A stretch of DNA of 64,000 nucleotides from Patescibacteria group bacterium (GTDB lineage: Bacteria; Patescibacteriota; Microgenomatia; UBA1400; PJMF01). The stretch spans positions 17,206-81,205 of the forward strand of contig JBDTME010000006.1 in assembly GCA_039934415.1 (NCBI GenBank). The letters run 5' to 3'. A program made the translations under genes and the position numbers. This document shows positions 39,540 to 49,077 of the stretch, piece by piece (within the stretch, counting starts at the first letter, position 1; each line of letters starts with the position of its first letter). The notes below the pieces were generated by a model. That model searched no databases and was not told the origin of the DNA. It saw nothing but the letters and a program-made list of their open reading frames with translations.

Positions 39540-42500
39540 TTACTTCTTCGCGGATAACTTCTCTTTTTTCAACAATTCTTTGCCGAATACTTCGACATAG
39601 AGTGAAGGGATCAAGAACAAGACGAGTATTCCTGAAACAGATAACCCCGCTACGATTGCTCCACCTAAGCCGCGCCACAGCGGATCGGAAATGGTAATTG
39701 GCAAGAGACCTAAGATACCTGTGACTGCTGTCAGAAAGATCGGCTCGATACGTGAAGCACAAGCGTCTGCAATTCCTTGGTAGACTGGGAAGTTTTCATG
39801 CATGTTCTGGTTGATTTTATCCATCAACATCAACGCGTTATTCACGACGATCCCAAACAGTGCCAAGACTCCAATCAGTGACGGGAAGGACAAAGGAATA
39901 CCGAAAATAGTGAAGTTGATAAACACTCCGGCGATTGATAAAGGAATCACGACTAATACAATCAGCGCTTGTCGGAACGAATTCAACAACAGAACCATCG
40001 TAATCAAGATTAAAGTGAACGAGATGATCATGGCTTGTAAAATCGAGTTAACTGATTTTTGATTCTCCTCATTTGCCCCTCCAACGTCCCATGTGTATCC
40101 TTCAGGCAATTCATACCCTTTCACTTTTTCATTAAAAGCTTTTAACATTTCAGGTGCAGTTTGTTTACCGGTAGCGCTGGCATTGACGCGTACGACACGT
40201 TTGCCATCTTCACGAGTGATTGAAGTGGGACTTTGTTCTAATCTAAATCGCGCCACATCGTTCAACGTATATTGACCTTGTGGTGAAGGGAGTACCAGAT
40301 TTTGTAAGTAGCTCACCGTGCGATCCTGTTTATCAATTGTTAGAATGATGTCCGAATCAGAATCATTGATCACAATATTGCCAGATTCTTGGCCACTGAT
40401 TGCGGTGCGTAACCACTCACCAACTTGAGCGGTAGACAAGTTTCTTTTGGCTAATTCTGCTGGTATTAAATCAACATGGATCTGGCCTGCCGATAATTTC
40501 AATGAACTTTCGATATTAGTGACACCATCGATTTCATGCAACTTGTCCATAAACGTTCGACTAATTTCTTCTAGTGTATCGAGGTCGTCGCCTTTGATGT
40601 TGGCTTGGAAATCAGATCCCGCTGGAGGACCACCACTTTCTTCTTGTACTGTTACTTTTGCTTCCAGAATCTGTTTGAACTCTTCTCGTAGAGATTCAGA
40701 AATTTCAGAAGAAGTCCGTTGACGCTTTTCTTTATCTTCTAAAATCAAAGTAACTGAAGCGGTATTATTTCCACCACTGGCTGCATCAAAGCCACCACCA
40801 CTTGATTGTGAACCGAGCTGAATAAATGAGTGTTGAATCTCAGGAATTTGATCAAGTTTCAGTTCTACGAGCTGCATGACTTGATCAGTTTTTTCTTTGG
40901 TCCAGCCGGCTGGACCTTCGACGTTTACAAATAGCAAGTTTGAGTCTGTCTTTGGAAAAAATTCATTTTTGAGTAAGCCTGTTCCCATGAAGATACCACT
41001 CAATACCAATAACAGAATTAAGACGCCGTAGACGATAAATCGGGAGCGACGTTTTTTAATGATGGGTTCGATGACTTTCAAGTAACGCGCAGCTAAAGGA
41101 TTGAGGTCCAATAATGGTTTTGATAACAATTCTTTTTTACGAATCCAGTTTAAAGGTTTTTGAATACGAGGGAATTTTTGGCTAAACATTTGGCCAGATT
41201 TCTTAAAAGATTCAGCGATAAAACTTCTATTAAAAAAGGCCAGAATTAATAAGAGAACATAGACGATGAGTGCGACCATTGCGAGTGGTGAGCGTTGAAC
41301 GATGACATACAACAGTCCTAAAGTAGCAGCCGTTCCGAGTAAGACAAAAAGTATTCTCAGGCGTTTGGGCACTTTCATCTCGGCTAATAAAATATTGAGT
41401 GGTAAGTTGATTAAAGTAGCGATAGCGGTGGATGAGAGTAAGGTTGCGGAAACCACGATTGGAATTGGCCGGATAAATTTACCAATGATTCCAGAAGCCA
41501 GGAGTAATGGCACGAATGACCACACGACAGTCAGTGTTCCTGTCCAGATTGGAATAAAGAAATCTCGCCAAACTAATAGCCCTGCTTCAAATGGTGAAAA
41601 TTTTTCTTGGTACTCTTTGTTTGACTGAACAATAACGATAGCATCATCACCAATCAAACTAATGGCAAGCAAGAGTGAGAAGATGGCTAAGAAACTGAGA
41701 GTGACGCCAGATACACCCATAATGATAAATGTACACATCAGGGTTAGTGGTAATGAGATAGCAGCAATCACGGCTTGTCTCACACCCAGGAATAGTGACA
41801 GTGCAACTAGTACAAACAGGATTGAGTTGATGAAGTTGCCTTGTAAATCATCGAATGATTGATTGGTTTCCTTGGCAGAGTTGATTACGTCATAACTGTG
41901 AATTTGAGGATAGAACTTCAGCTCGTCATCGATCACTTTCTTGGCTTTTTGGTAGGCGCCGTCGATAGTTTCAGTGTCAGTTTTAAAAATAGATAATTCT
42001 ACGGCAGTTGTTCGTTTGCCGTTGACACGAAATAAGATAGGAGTGGCTGTTTCTTTTGAGCGCTGGTAAATGTTGGCAATCTGCCCGAGCGGAATACTAT
42101 TCTTATTGATAGTCAGTGGTAAGTTGCGCAGTTGCTGAATTGAAGTTAGTTCATTGTCTATTGTCAGCGTATATTGCGTGTTGTGCACTGTTACTCGACC
42201 GGCGGGGAAACTCAAGTCGTTACTTTTTAATGCTTGGATGATTGAGGAACTGTTTACGTTCAGCTCATTGAGTGAAGCACGATTGAGCTCGATGACGATT
42301 TCTTCTGCTTCTTTGCCAACGATATCAACCTTGCGGATACCTGACACGTCTTCAATTTTTTCTTCTAAAGTGGTGGCAATTTTAGATAAAGATAAAGGAT
42401 CTGTGTCAGCTGTCAAAGCGACGAGCCAAACTGGTTGGTCATTGAAATCAAGTTTTTGAACGACAGGATCACCAGCGTTTTCTGGTAAATCAGAAACGAG

Positions 42501-42899
42501 ATCCATTTTTTGCCGAACTTCGTCTAAAGCCTTATTAGAGTCTTGATTACCCAAGAATTGGATAGTGATGACCGATACTGATTCTTGGGATTGAGAGGTG
42601 ATCAGGTCAACGTTGGTCAAATTGCTGAGTGATTTTTCGATTTTCTTGGTGACCAGGTTTTCAACGTCTAGCGGAGCTGCTCCTGGTAGCGTCGTCACGA
42701 CATTGACGATGGCGAGATCCACATCAGGATTGAGTTGCCGAGGAAGACTGGCGAACGAGAGTGATCCAGCGATGACTAAACAAATGATGATGAGAAAGAT
42801 CAATCGTGTATTGGCCAAGTATTTTGCCACAAACGAGTTCTTCAACCGTTGGTCAAAGTGAAGATTTTTGAGATAGAGTGATTCGTGTATTTCAGCCAT
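39540..42899 (-). CDS. RND efflux permease (AcrB/AcrD/AcrF family)
   Basis: 1119 aa in two repeats; GDDAIVIV, GIVVNNALMLMD, RIEPIFLT. Confidence 0.95.
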   Translation of the reverse strand: MAEIHESLYLKNLHFDQRLKNSFVAKYLANTRLIFLIIICLVIAGSLSFASLPRQLNPDVDLAIVNVVTTLPGAAPLDVENLVTKKIEKSLSNLTNVDLITSQSQESVSVITIQFLGNQDSNKALDEVRQKMDLVSDLPENAGDPVVQKLDFNDQPVWLVALTADTDPLSLSKIATTLEEKIEDVSGIRKVDIVGKEAEEIVIELNRASLNELNVNSSSIIQALKSNDLSFPAGRVTVHNTQYTLTIDNELTSIQQLRNLPLTINKNSIPLGQIANIYQRSKETATPILFRVNGKRTTAVELSIFKTDTETIDGAYQKAKKVIDDELKFYPQIHSYDVINSAKETNQSFDDLQGNFINSILFVLVALSLFLGVRQAVIAAISLPLTLMCTFIIMGVSGVTLSFLAIFSLLLAISLIGDDAIVIVQSNKEYQEKFSPFEAGLLVWRDFFIPIWTGTLTVVWSFVPLLLASGIIGKFIRPIPIVVSATLLSSTAIATLINLPLNILLAEMKVPKRLRILFVLLGTAATLGLLYVIVQRSPLAMVALIVYVLLLILAFFNRSFIAESFKKSGQMFSQKFPRIQKPLNWIRKKELLSKPLLDLNPLAARYLKVIEPIIKKRRSRFIVYGVLILLLVLSGIFMGTGLLKNEFFPKTDSNLLFVNVEGPAGWTKEKTDQVMQLVELKLDQIPEIQHSFIQLGSQSSGGGFDAASGGNNTASVTLILEDKEKRQRTSSEISESLREEFKQILEAKVTVQEESGGPPAGSDFQANIKGDDLDTLEEISRTFMDKLHEIDGVTNIESSLKLSAGQIHVDLIPAELAKRNLSTAQVGEWLRTAISGQESGNIVINDSDSDIILTIDKQDRTVSYLQNLVLPSPQGQYTLNDVARFRLEQSPTSITREDGKRVVRVNASATGKQTAPEMLKAFNEKVKGYELPEGYTWDVGGANEENQKSVNSILQAMIISFTLILITMVLLLNSFRQALIVLVVIPLSIAGVFINFTIFGIPLSFPSLIGVLALFGIVVNNALMLMDKINQNMHENFPVYQGIADACASRIEPIFLTAVTGILGLLPITISDPLWRGLGGAIVAGLSVSGILVLFLIPSLYVEVFGKELLKKEKLSAKK

Positions 42900-42932
42900 G
42901 TAGTGAGACGAGTGTAAAAATTTGGGAGTTCC

Positions 42933-44408
42933 TTATCCTCTTTCCTGGATCTCATCTTCTTGCAATGTTGGTTCAACGGTTTGAGAATCGATGACTCGAC
43001 GATCCAAGATTAATTGGTCACCATCATTAAGACCTGATTTGATTTCAATTTGATCACCAATGACGTCACCTGTTTCGACGACCTTGCGAACGGCTTTACC
43101 ATCTTGGTAAATGAATACGTAGCGTTCCAAGTTGGTCACAAAGACTGACTCTAGTGGGACTCGATGGGTGTTGGTAGAGTTACTGGTTTTTTTAGCGATA
43201 GTTGGTAAGGTTACACTGATGGATTGCCCCTCATAGACTTCAGTTTTATATGATTCTGGAATGACGGCTAACACTTCATATAATTGACCCGAAGTTGGAG
43301 TTGAAGGGACGTGGGTGATTGGAACTTGGAGTGTCTGTGTACCAAGTTGGACATCGATTAAACCGCTGTCCAGAATTTGAGAGGCGGTAAAACCAGAAAC
43401 TGGAACGACTAGACTCAATTGAGTTTTTCCGGTTATTTTGGCAACTGGAGTTCCAGGGTTTAAATACTGACCTTGAGTGACGTAGATGCGTTCGATGCTA
43501 CCGGCAAAGGGAGCGCGAACGGTGTTTAAAGAAGCCATGATTCGAGCAGATTTCAAACTCAACTCAGAGATTTCAGCACCAATTCGAGCCGCGTCGAGCT
43601 GCATTTGAGTAGCTGTATACACCGAGTCTTTGGAGTAATCAGCGAGTTTTGTTGGTGATTTACCTGTATCTACCGAATACTGCAAATTTCTCAAAGCTGA
43701 GTTGTTCCCTGCCAGGATACTTTGATACTGGACGAGCTGCTGGCGTAAACCTTGAATAATGTTGGGATCAGTATTGGCCGAGATATCTGTTTGGATTTTT
43801 TTGATGACTTCTTGAGTTGTGTTCAGTAGATTTTGAGTATCACTAATGGATTGCTCACTGATCTTTCGTAATTCTTCAGTATTGGTTCTACTTTCATCAG
43901 CAATTTGACGAGCCTTGCCGACACTGTCTTGAGTGTTTTTGTAACTTGTTTGAGCCATTTCCAGACTTTTTTGGGCAATTTGAACACCGACTCCAGCTGC
44001 ATTGCCTGTACCGTATCCAGTTTCCTGAGAAACAAGTGATGTGCCTTTTTTTACTTGTTTGCCTTCCGTAGTTGAAATGGTTCGTACTGGTCCAGCAGTT
44101 TGGGCAACGAGAGTGACTGAGCCGAGGTTCTGGATGGTTCCAGTGGTGCTCACTCCTGCAGTCTCACCATTCACGATCATGGTTTCAACCATGAGTGGTT
44201 TTGGAGCAATAATTTGAGGAGTTTCTACTGGTTTTTTGGTTAATTGAGTGGCGATCATGATTAAAACAAACAATATCGCAACCAGTATGAGTAAGCGTTT
44301 GAGGTTTCTTTTCACAAAGTCGAGTGCTCGACTTAAAAAAAACTTCCCTTTTTGTACAAAAGAGGGCTTCTGATCAAGGATTTTTGTGGACGAAGTGGTT
44401 TTAGGCAT
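42933..44408 (-). CDS. RND membrane-fusion (adaptor) protein
   Basis: TM anchor, lipoyl halves (VRAPFAG), long coiled coil, IEIKSGL..GD. Confidence 0.9.
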   Translation of the reverse strand: MPKTTSSTKILDQKPSFVQKGKFFLSRALDFVKRNLKRLLILVAILFVLIMIATQLTKKPVETPQIIAPKPLMVETMIVNGETAGVSTTGTIQNLGSVTLVAQTAGPVRTISTTEGKQVKKGTSLVSQETGYGTGNAAGVGVQIAQKSLEMAQTSYKNTQDSVGKARQIADESRTNTEELRKISEQSISDTQNLLNTTQEVIKKIQTDISANTDPNIIQGLRQQLVQYQSILAGNNSALRNLQYSVDTGKSPTKLADYSKDSVYTATQMQLDAARIGAEISELSLKSARIMASLNTVRAPFAGSIERIYVTQGQYLNPGTPVAKITGKTQLSLVVPVSGFTASQILDSGLIDVQLGTQTLQVPITHVPSTPTSGQLYEVLAVIPESYKTEVYEGQSISVTLPTIAKKTSNSTNTHRVPLESVFVTNLERYVFIYQDGKAVRKVVETGDVIGDQIEIKSGLNDGDQLILDRRVIDSQTVEPTLQEDEIQERG

Positions 44409-44495
44409 AAGTTGTATATTATAACAGTTATAGGACACTTTTTCAACACCCAGCCGTGATTAGTCAAACTGTGTTTTGTTCTGTAAAATGGTGGA

Positions 44496-45326
44496 ATGAA
44501 ACGTTTTTTCCTGACTATTTTCGTTGTGCTCTGCCTGTTTCTACTCTTTATTATTGGAAACGATGTCATTAGGACTCATCAGATTACTGAAAATCTGGAT
44601 ACTTCGCCGATTGCACCCTTCGTCCAACCATCCAAATCTATTCAGCTTAGCCAAGATTGGCAAACGCTGTCATCTGGTGTTGAGGTGAGAAGTTTGCAGT
44701 ATGCATATAATGGTCAGTCATATCAAATTCAGGTGATTCGTCTAGATCCGAACCAAGGCACACTTTCTCTTCAGTACGACCAAAGAGGCAAAACAGTTAG
44801 TCAGTGGGCAAAAGGTACTGATCATCTGGTTGTTTCAAATGCCGGTTTTTTCAAAGAAAAGAATGAGCCTGTTGGCTTGCTTTACGTTAATGGGGAACGC
44901 TTAGATAGCCATCGAGTCAAACCAGCAGATTCAGGTTTGCTCGTGATTCATGAAAACGGCATAGAGATTTTAAACCTGGCTAATGCGCCAATTCCAGCAG
45001 AACTTCAAAATGCCGTGCAAACATATCCGGTGCTCATCGATCAGGGGAAATTGATTGCTAATAAAAACATGACCAAGCAAGATCGCAGAACCGCGATAGG
45101 TACGGATAGGGATAGAAGAATCTACCTGTTTACCGCAGGCTACCAACACTTAGGGCTTTATGATTTTGCTAAAGTAATTAGTGAATCTGGACTTCAGTTA
45201 ACTGAAGTGCTCAATCTGGATGGAGGCGGATCGACTGGTGTCGCAGTAGACGCAGGAACTTTTCAGAAAATAATAGAAAGCGAAACAGCAGTCCCAACGG
45301 TGTTAGTCTTCAGTGAGAGAAAGTAG
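44496..45326 (+). CDS. Phosphodiester glycosidase (NAGPA/DUF2233) family protein
   Basis: NAGFF, RTAIG, LNLDGGGST. Confidence 0.9.
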   Translation: MKRFFLTIFVVLCLFLLFIIGNDVIRTHQITENLDTSPIAPFVQPSKSIQLSQDWQTLSSGVEVRSLQYAYNGQSYQIQVIRLDPNQGTLSLQYDQRGKTVSQWAKGTDHLVVSNAGFFKEKNEPVGLLYVNGERLDSHRVKPADSGLLVIHENGIEILNLANAPIPAELQNAVQTYPVLIDQGKLIANKNMTKQDRRTAIGTDRDRRIYLFTAGYQHLGLYDFAKVISESGLQLTEVLNLDGGGSTGVAVDAGTFQKIIESETAVPTVLVFSERK

Positions 45327-45333
45327 TGGCTTG

Positions 45334-45399
45334 GTGGAGAGCTCGTATCTGAGATGGAACTCTATCATAGATTGGGTGATGAAATGGGGAAAAGAATTG
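45334..45399 (+). repeat. 66-bp direct repeat, copy 1 (att-like, begins at the tmRNA 3'-end core)
   Basis: 59/66 identical to 46667-46732; TTGGTGGAGA (45331-45340) is identical to 47784-47793. Confidence 0.9.
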
Positions 45400-45425
45400 G
45401 GGCAAAGTGGTCTACAATATGACCT

Positions 45426-46661
45426 ATGATAGAAACAACTCATGAACCTTCACCCGCTAACGAAGAAAAGAAAGACGTTGATCACCCTTTTTCTACACAA
45501 GCAATTCAAAAACGATTTGATCAATATAGATCATTACCTCCACAACACATAAGAGAAAAAATAAGAGTTCGTTATTTAGGTAAAGCAGGCGAAGAACTTC
45601 AAGAGTATTTAGAAAGCAAGGTGGAGAGTGACAAGTTAATTATAGTAAAGCCTCTATTGCATTTTGAGGATTTTTTAGAGCGATATGAATTGAATGGAAA
45701 AAATTTTCCTGAAGATCTACTTCGGGAGGCTTACATTGATCTATCTAAAGATCTCAAAAGAGTACAAAGGTTTGTCTATTGGTCTTTTACCTTAAAAGAG
45801 TCGATAAATCTTCTTTTAGAAGAATTACCAGAAATGAGAGAGCTCTGCAGACAATTGGAACCAACAGTATCTTTTCTAGATGCAGATGAATTAAATGAAG
45901 ACGATTTTGACGAATATCCTTATGCTGGAGGAGCGATTGGTTCGGGGAACATTAATTTAATTGTTGTGCCTAAGTTTAAAAATTATGAGGAAATAAATAC
46001 TTATCAGATGCTCAGAACTTTTGTTTTTGTTCATGAGTTCTTTCATATTATTAACAGCTTTTATGCCAAGGAAAATTTCGGTTTTTCTCATAGCGAAGAT
46101 TCAATTACTGAAAAACATCGTATATTTACAACTTTACTTGAAGGAACAAGTATCAGTTTGGAATATTTGCTTTTAAAGAGGTTGGCACGTTTACCTGATA
46201 ATGATCAGTTAGAAAATGTTAAAAAATATGGAATATGGAGATTAAATAATGTGCTAAAACTGGCAAAGTATAGAGGTGAGAAGGCTCGTACTACTGTTAC
46301 TGAGTATTGGAATGGTGAAGAAGGTGCAGGTGAAAATTATTATGAAGATAAAAAGACTGAACCTGTTTACAATTTCCCGCATCTAAATTATTCAGAAGGA
46401 GCAAAGTTAGGTATTCAACTACAAAGAAATGGATGGACTGCCCATGACATTCCTGAACTTTGGAAGAAAATCAAAATGATTATTGATGAACTTATAAGTG
46501 AGAAAAAAATATCACCTGCCTTTTCTGGATCTAAACCTTTTGATATATATACTGAACTTGCTCAATATGGAAAGTTTGCAACATGGAGTAATCTAAAAGA
46601 GCGACTACTTCAACTTCGACCTGAGAGGAGTAATGAAACTATCGAAAATAAATTCGAGTAA
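45426..46661 (+). CDS. Hypothetical protein with an HExxH motif (possible zincin-like metallopeptidase)
   Basis: FVHEFFH followed by LLEG; AT-rich; sole ORF between the two repeats. Confidence 0.7.
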   Translation: MIETTHEPSPANEEKKDVDHPFSTQAIQKRFDQYRSLPPQHIREKIRVRYLGKAGEELQEYLESKVESDKLIIVKPLLHFEDFLERYELNGKNFPEDLLREAYIDLSKDLKRVQRFVYWSFTLKESINLLLEELPEMRELCRQLEPTVSFLDADELNEDDFDEYPYAGGAIGSGNINLIVVPKFKNYEEINTYQMLRTFVFVHEFFHIINSFYAKENFGFSHSEDSITEKHRIFTTLLEGTSISLEYLLLKRLARLPDNDQLENVKKYGIWRLNNVLKLAKYRGEKARTTVTEYWNGEEGAGENYYEDKKTEPVYNFPHLNYSEGAKLGIQLQRNGWTAHDIPELWKKIKMIIDELISEKKISPAFSGSKPFDIYTELAQYGKFATWSNLKERLLQLRPERSNETIENKFE

Positions 46662-46666
46662 TTTTA

Positions 46667-46732
46667 GTGGAGAGCTCGTATCTGAGATGGAACACGATTG
46701 TTGAATGGCTGATGAAATGGGGAAAAGAATTG
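46667..46732 (+). repeat. 66-bp direct repeat, copy 2
   Basis: GTGGAGAGCTCGTATCTGAGATGGAAC...TGATGAAATGGGGAAAAGAATTG. Confidence 0.9.
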
Positions 46733-46746
46733 AGAGAGAGCACCAG

Positions 46747-47568
46747 TTAGAAATTTCTAAATGAGTTTCTTTCCACATCGTAGTTTTCTGAAGGAATTAA
46801 TTGAAATGACCACATATCAGCAGACCAAAAGAAATAGTAAATAGGGTCATTTATTGGATTTATAACTAGACTAGCTCTCCCGCTGTTCATACAAGATAAA
46901 CCTCTTCTTTGCATAGCCTTAACTTCATTATTGTCATTTACTGTAACTCTGTATCCCAAACATTTAGTGGATTGAATCGGCAGAAAGGGAGTTGGACAGT
47001 AAAAATAGGTTATGTCATTTTCTGAGTACCGAATATTAAAAAAGTTTTTTTCAGAATGCATTGGTCGTCCGTATTTTTCTTCAAGCTGCTGAAAAGAGCT
47101 AGCTTTCTGTGTAACTACTATTCTGGTATTACCTTTTTCGTCAAAGATGGGAGCTTGTTGCTCTAAGAATTCATTTCTTGATATATCTAAAACACAGTCA
47201 AAGGTAACTTCTCTACTTCTGTAAAGAAAAGAAACCACCCATACAATGCTCCACAGAAAGACGAATGCAGCTGCAAACTTACCCCATTTTTTTCTTGATA
47301 CTGAAGTGAATAAACTTTGATTTTTGAAAGCCTTACTAGCTTTGTAGCCTACAAAGACAACTCCAGCGATAACCATTATTGGGAGAATCGCAAACAGATC
47401 CAAGAATTTAATATAATACCAGCTCAAAAAGATGGTATTGAATACAGTCAAACTTTTCCAAATAACCGAAGTTTTCGATTTACTAAAAGAGTAATAAGAG
47501 GAGATGAATAAAAAAAGAAAATGTACGAGGTAAATGATCGGTAGTGACGATTTAAAACTGTCAAGCAT
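46747..47568 (-). CDS. Hypothetical membrane protein (4 TM plus Cys-containing extracellular domain)
   Basis: 273-aa AT-rich ORF with a GGAGG RBS. Confidence 0.75.
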   Translation of the reverse strand: MLDSFKSSLPIIYLVHFLFLFISSYYSFSKSKTSVIWKSLTVFNTIFLSWYYIKFLDLFAILPIMVIAGVVFVGYKASKAFKNQSLFTSVSRKKWGKFAAAFVFLWSIVWVVSFLYRSREVTFDCVLDISRNEFLEQQAPIFDEKGNTRIVVTQKASSFQQLEEKYGRPMHSEKNFFNIRYSENDITYFYCPTPFLPIQSTKCLGYRVTVNDNNEVKAMQRRGLSCMNSGRASLVINPINDPIYYFFWSADMWSFQLIPSENYDVERNSFRNF

Positions 47569-47580
47569 GTCTTGGCCTCC

Positions 47581-47778
47581 TCAGAACATGCTTTGAGGTG
47601 CAACAAAGATGTTTAACAAGGTAAAGAACCAAAGGATACTTAATCCAGAATAGAAGAAAGCCGAACTGAAAGATTTTCTGAAACGAATGAAGTTAAAGAT
47701 ATAAACGGAAACAAAAATCCCCGCCCACAACATAAAATGTAGGTTTGCGATATTCGATGCTGATTGAACCAGTATCAT
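47581..47778 (-). CDS. Small 2-TM membrane protein
   Basis: ATG at 47778, just downstream of the tmRNA CCA; hydrophobic. Confidence 0.55.
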   Translation of the reverse strand: MILVQSASNIANLHFMLWAGIFVSVYIFNFIRFRKSFSSAFFYSGLSILWFFTLLNIFVAPQSMF

Positions 47779-47784
47779 AATATT

Positions 47785-48210
47785 TGGTGGAGATGAGGGG
47801 TTATGAACCCCTGTCCGCATACGGCAGACTAGCATCATCTACAGATATAGTTCACTTTTCGTAAAGAGTCGTAGGTGAGTGAACGAACCTGACAACCCTT
47901 CGCTGTTCAAAGTCTTATGTCTTTACGGAACAGTACGTATCGACAGTCACACGAACTTGGTTTTCACCCAATCGTTTCCGCTCGTGAAAGATCTCGATTG
48001 AATGTCTATTTAAGCAGCGTAAGCTAAATTAGCAGCAGCTGGTGTGATAGAAGCAATTGCTGAGTCGACTACTCCGAAGAGTGAGGCAACAGCAGTTTTT
48101 GCTTTACTGACAATTGAATTGACAGTTAGTTTTTTAACTATGTTTAGCCTCAGTAGTAAAGGAGGATCTGCAGATGTTAATGTGCGTACACGTCGAGTCA
48201 ATACATCCCC
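47785..48210 (-). ncRNA. ssrA: tmRNA (one-piece) with a long tag frame ending LAYAA*
   Basis: 5' GGGGATG pairs with 3' CATCTCC-A-CCA (G3:U70 Ala identity); T-arm AGGGG-TTCATAA-CCCCT; internal frame ends ANLAYAA-stop. Confidence 0.95.
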
Positions 48211-48277
48211 GTGTAGGGCTGAATTATACCAAATTTTGACGTAAATATCAATAAATTCCTGGTTTTTACATAATGCC

Positions 48278-48907
48278 TTAATCGCCATGGGCAAATACCA
48301 AACCAATGACTTTTTTCGCCTGGTGGTTTTTTAAGATTCTGGCACACTCGTTGAGCGTGGTTCCAGTGGTGGTGACGTCGTCGATGAGCGCTATGGTTTT
48401 CCCGGTTATTGAGGAATTTGGTGAAATATTGAACGCATCGGTTAAGTGGGTGAGTCGTTTGGCTCGATCTAACTGGGCTTGGGGAGTAGTCGCTTTTGGT
48501 CGGTGAAGTGCGTTCACTATGGGAATTTCCCAGCGTTTTGACAAATGTTTGGCCAACAGTTCTGCTTGGTTAAAGCCTCTTTCTCGTTGTCGGGATCTAT
48601 GCAATGGCACCGGAACTAAAAAATCGACAGTAGGTCTGGCCATTTTCTCAAACATGATTTCGCCGATCGTAGGTGCGAGTGCGTATGAGCAGCCAAACTT
48701 ATACATATGGATAAAATCGCTGCCGGTTTTCGCATATTTTGTACAGGCTTGGAGTTCGTCTAAAGTAGGAGTGGGCAGATCAATCACTAGAGGTTGGTCA
48801 AAGAACGACATTTTTTCGTAACAGTTTAAACAAATATATCCACCTATCGAACCACAAGTGACACAGAGTGGCGGAAAGAGTAAGTCCAAGAAGAATTCGA
48901 GTACCAT
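48278..48907 (-). CDS. comF: ComF family competence amidophosphoribosyltransferase
   Basis: LLFPPLC..C, PVPLH..R..ERGFNQAE, LIDDVTTTGTTL. Confidence 0.92.
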   Translation of the reverse strand: MVLEFFLDLLFPPLCVTCGSIGGYICLNCYEKMSFFDQPLVIDLPTPTLDELQACTKYAKTGSDFIHMYKFGCSYALAPTIGEIMFEKMARPTVDFLVPVPLHRSRQRERGFNQAELLAKHLSKRWEIPIVNALHRPKATTPQAQLDRAKRLTHLTDAFNISPNSSITGKTIALIDDVTTTGTTLNECARILKNHQAKKVIGLVFAHGD

Positions 48908-49000
48908 GCCGGAATTATGAGGTTTGATTCTGACAGCGATATGACATCGACAAATGGAGTTTTTTTTCTGATATACTATGGCCTGTTTGATCTTTTATTT

Positions 49001-49077
49001 GGCCGTTTAGCTCAGCTGGTTAGAGCGCTTCATTCACATTGAAGAGGTCTGGGGTTCGAGTCCCTAAACGGCCACCA
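49001..49077 (+). tRNA. tRNA-Val(CAC)
   Basis: Cloverleaf GGCCGTT/AACGGCC-ACCA, anticodon arm CTTCA-TTCACAT-TGAAG, GGTTCGAGTCC. Confidence 0.96.

Noticed and set aside
39802-42861. Several plus-strand ORFs inside the RND permease gene
   Set aside because: Antisense shadows of a well-supported minus-strand gene.
45334-46732. 66-bp repeats as a CRISPR array or IS ends
   Set aside because: Only two direct copies 1.3 kb apart; no spacers, cas genes or transposase.
48010-48306. 98-aa minus-strand ORF as a protein gene
   Set aside because: It lies mostly within tmRNA; only its 3' part is the tag reading frame.
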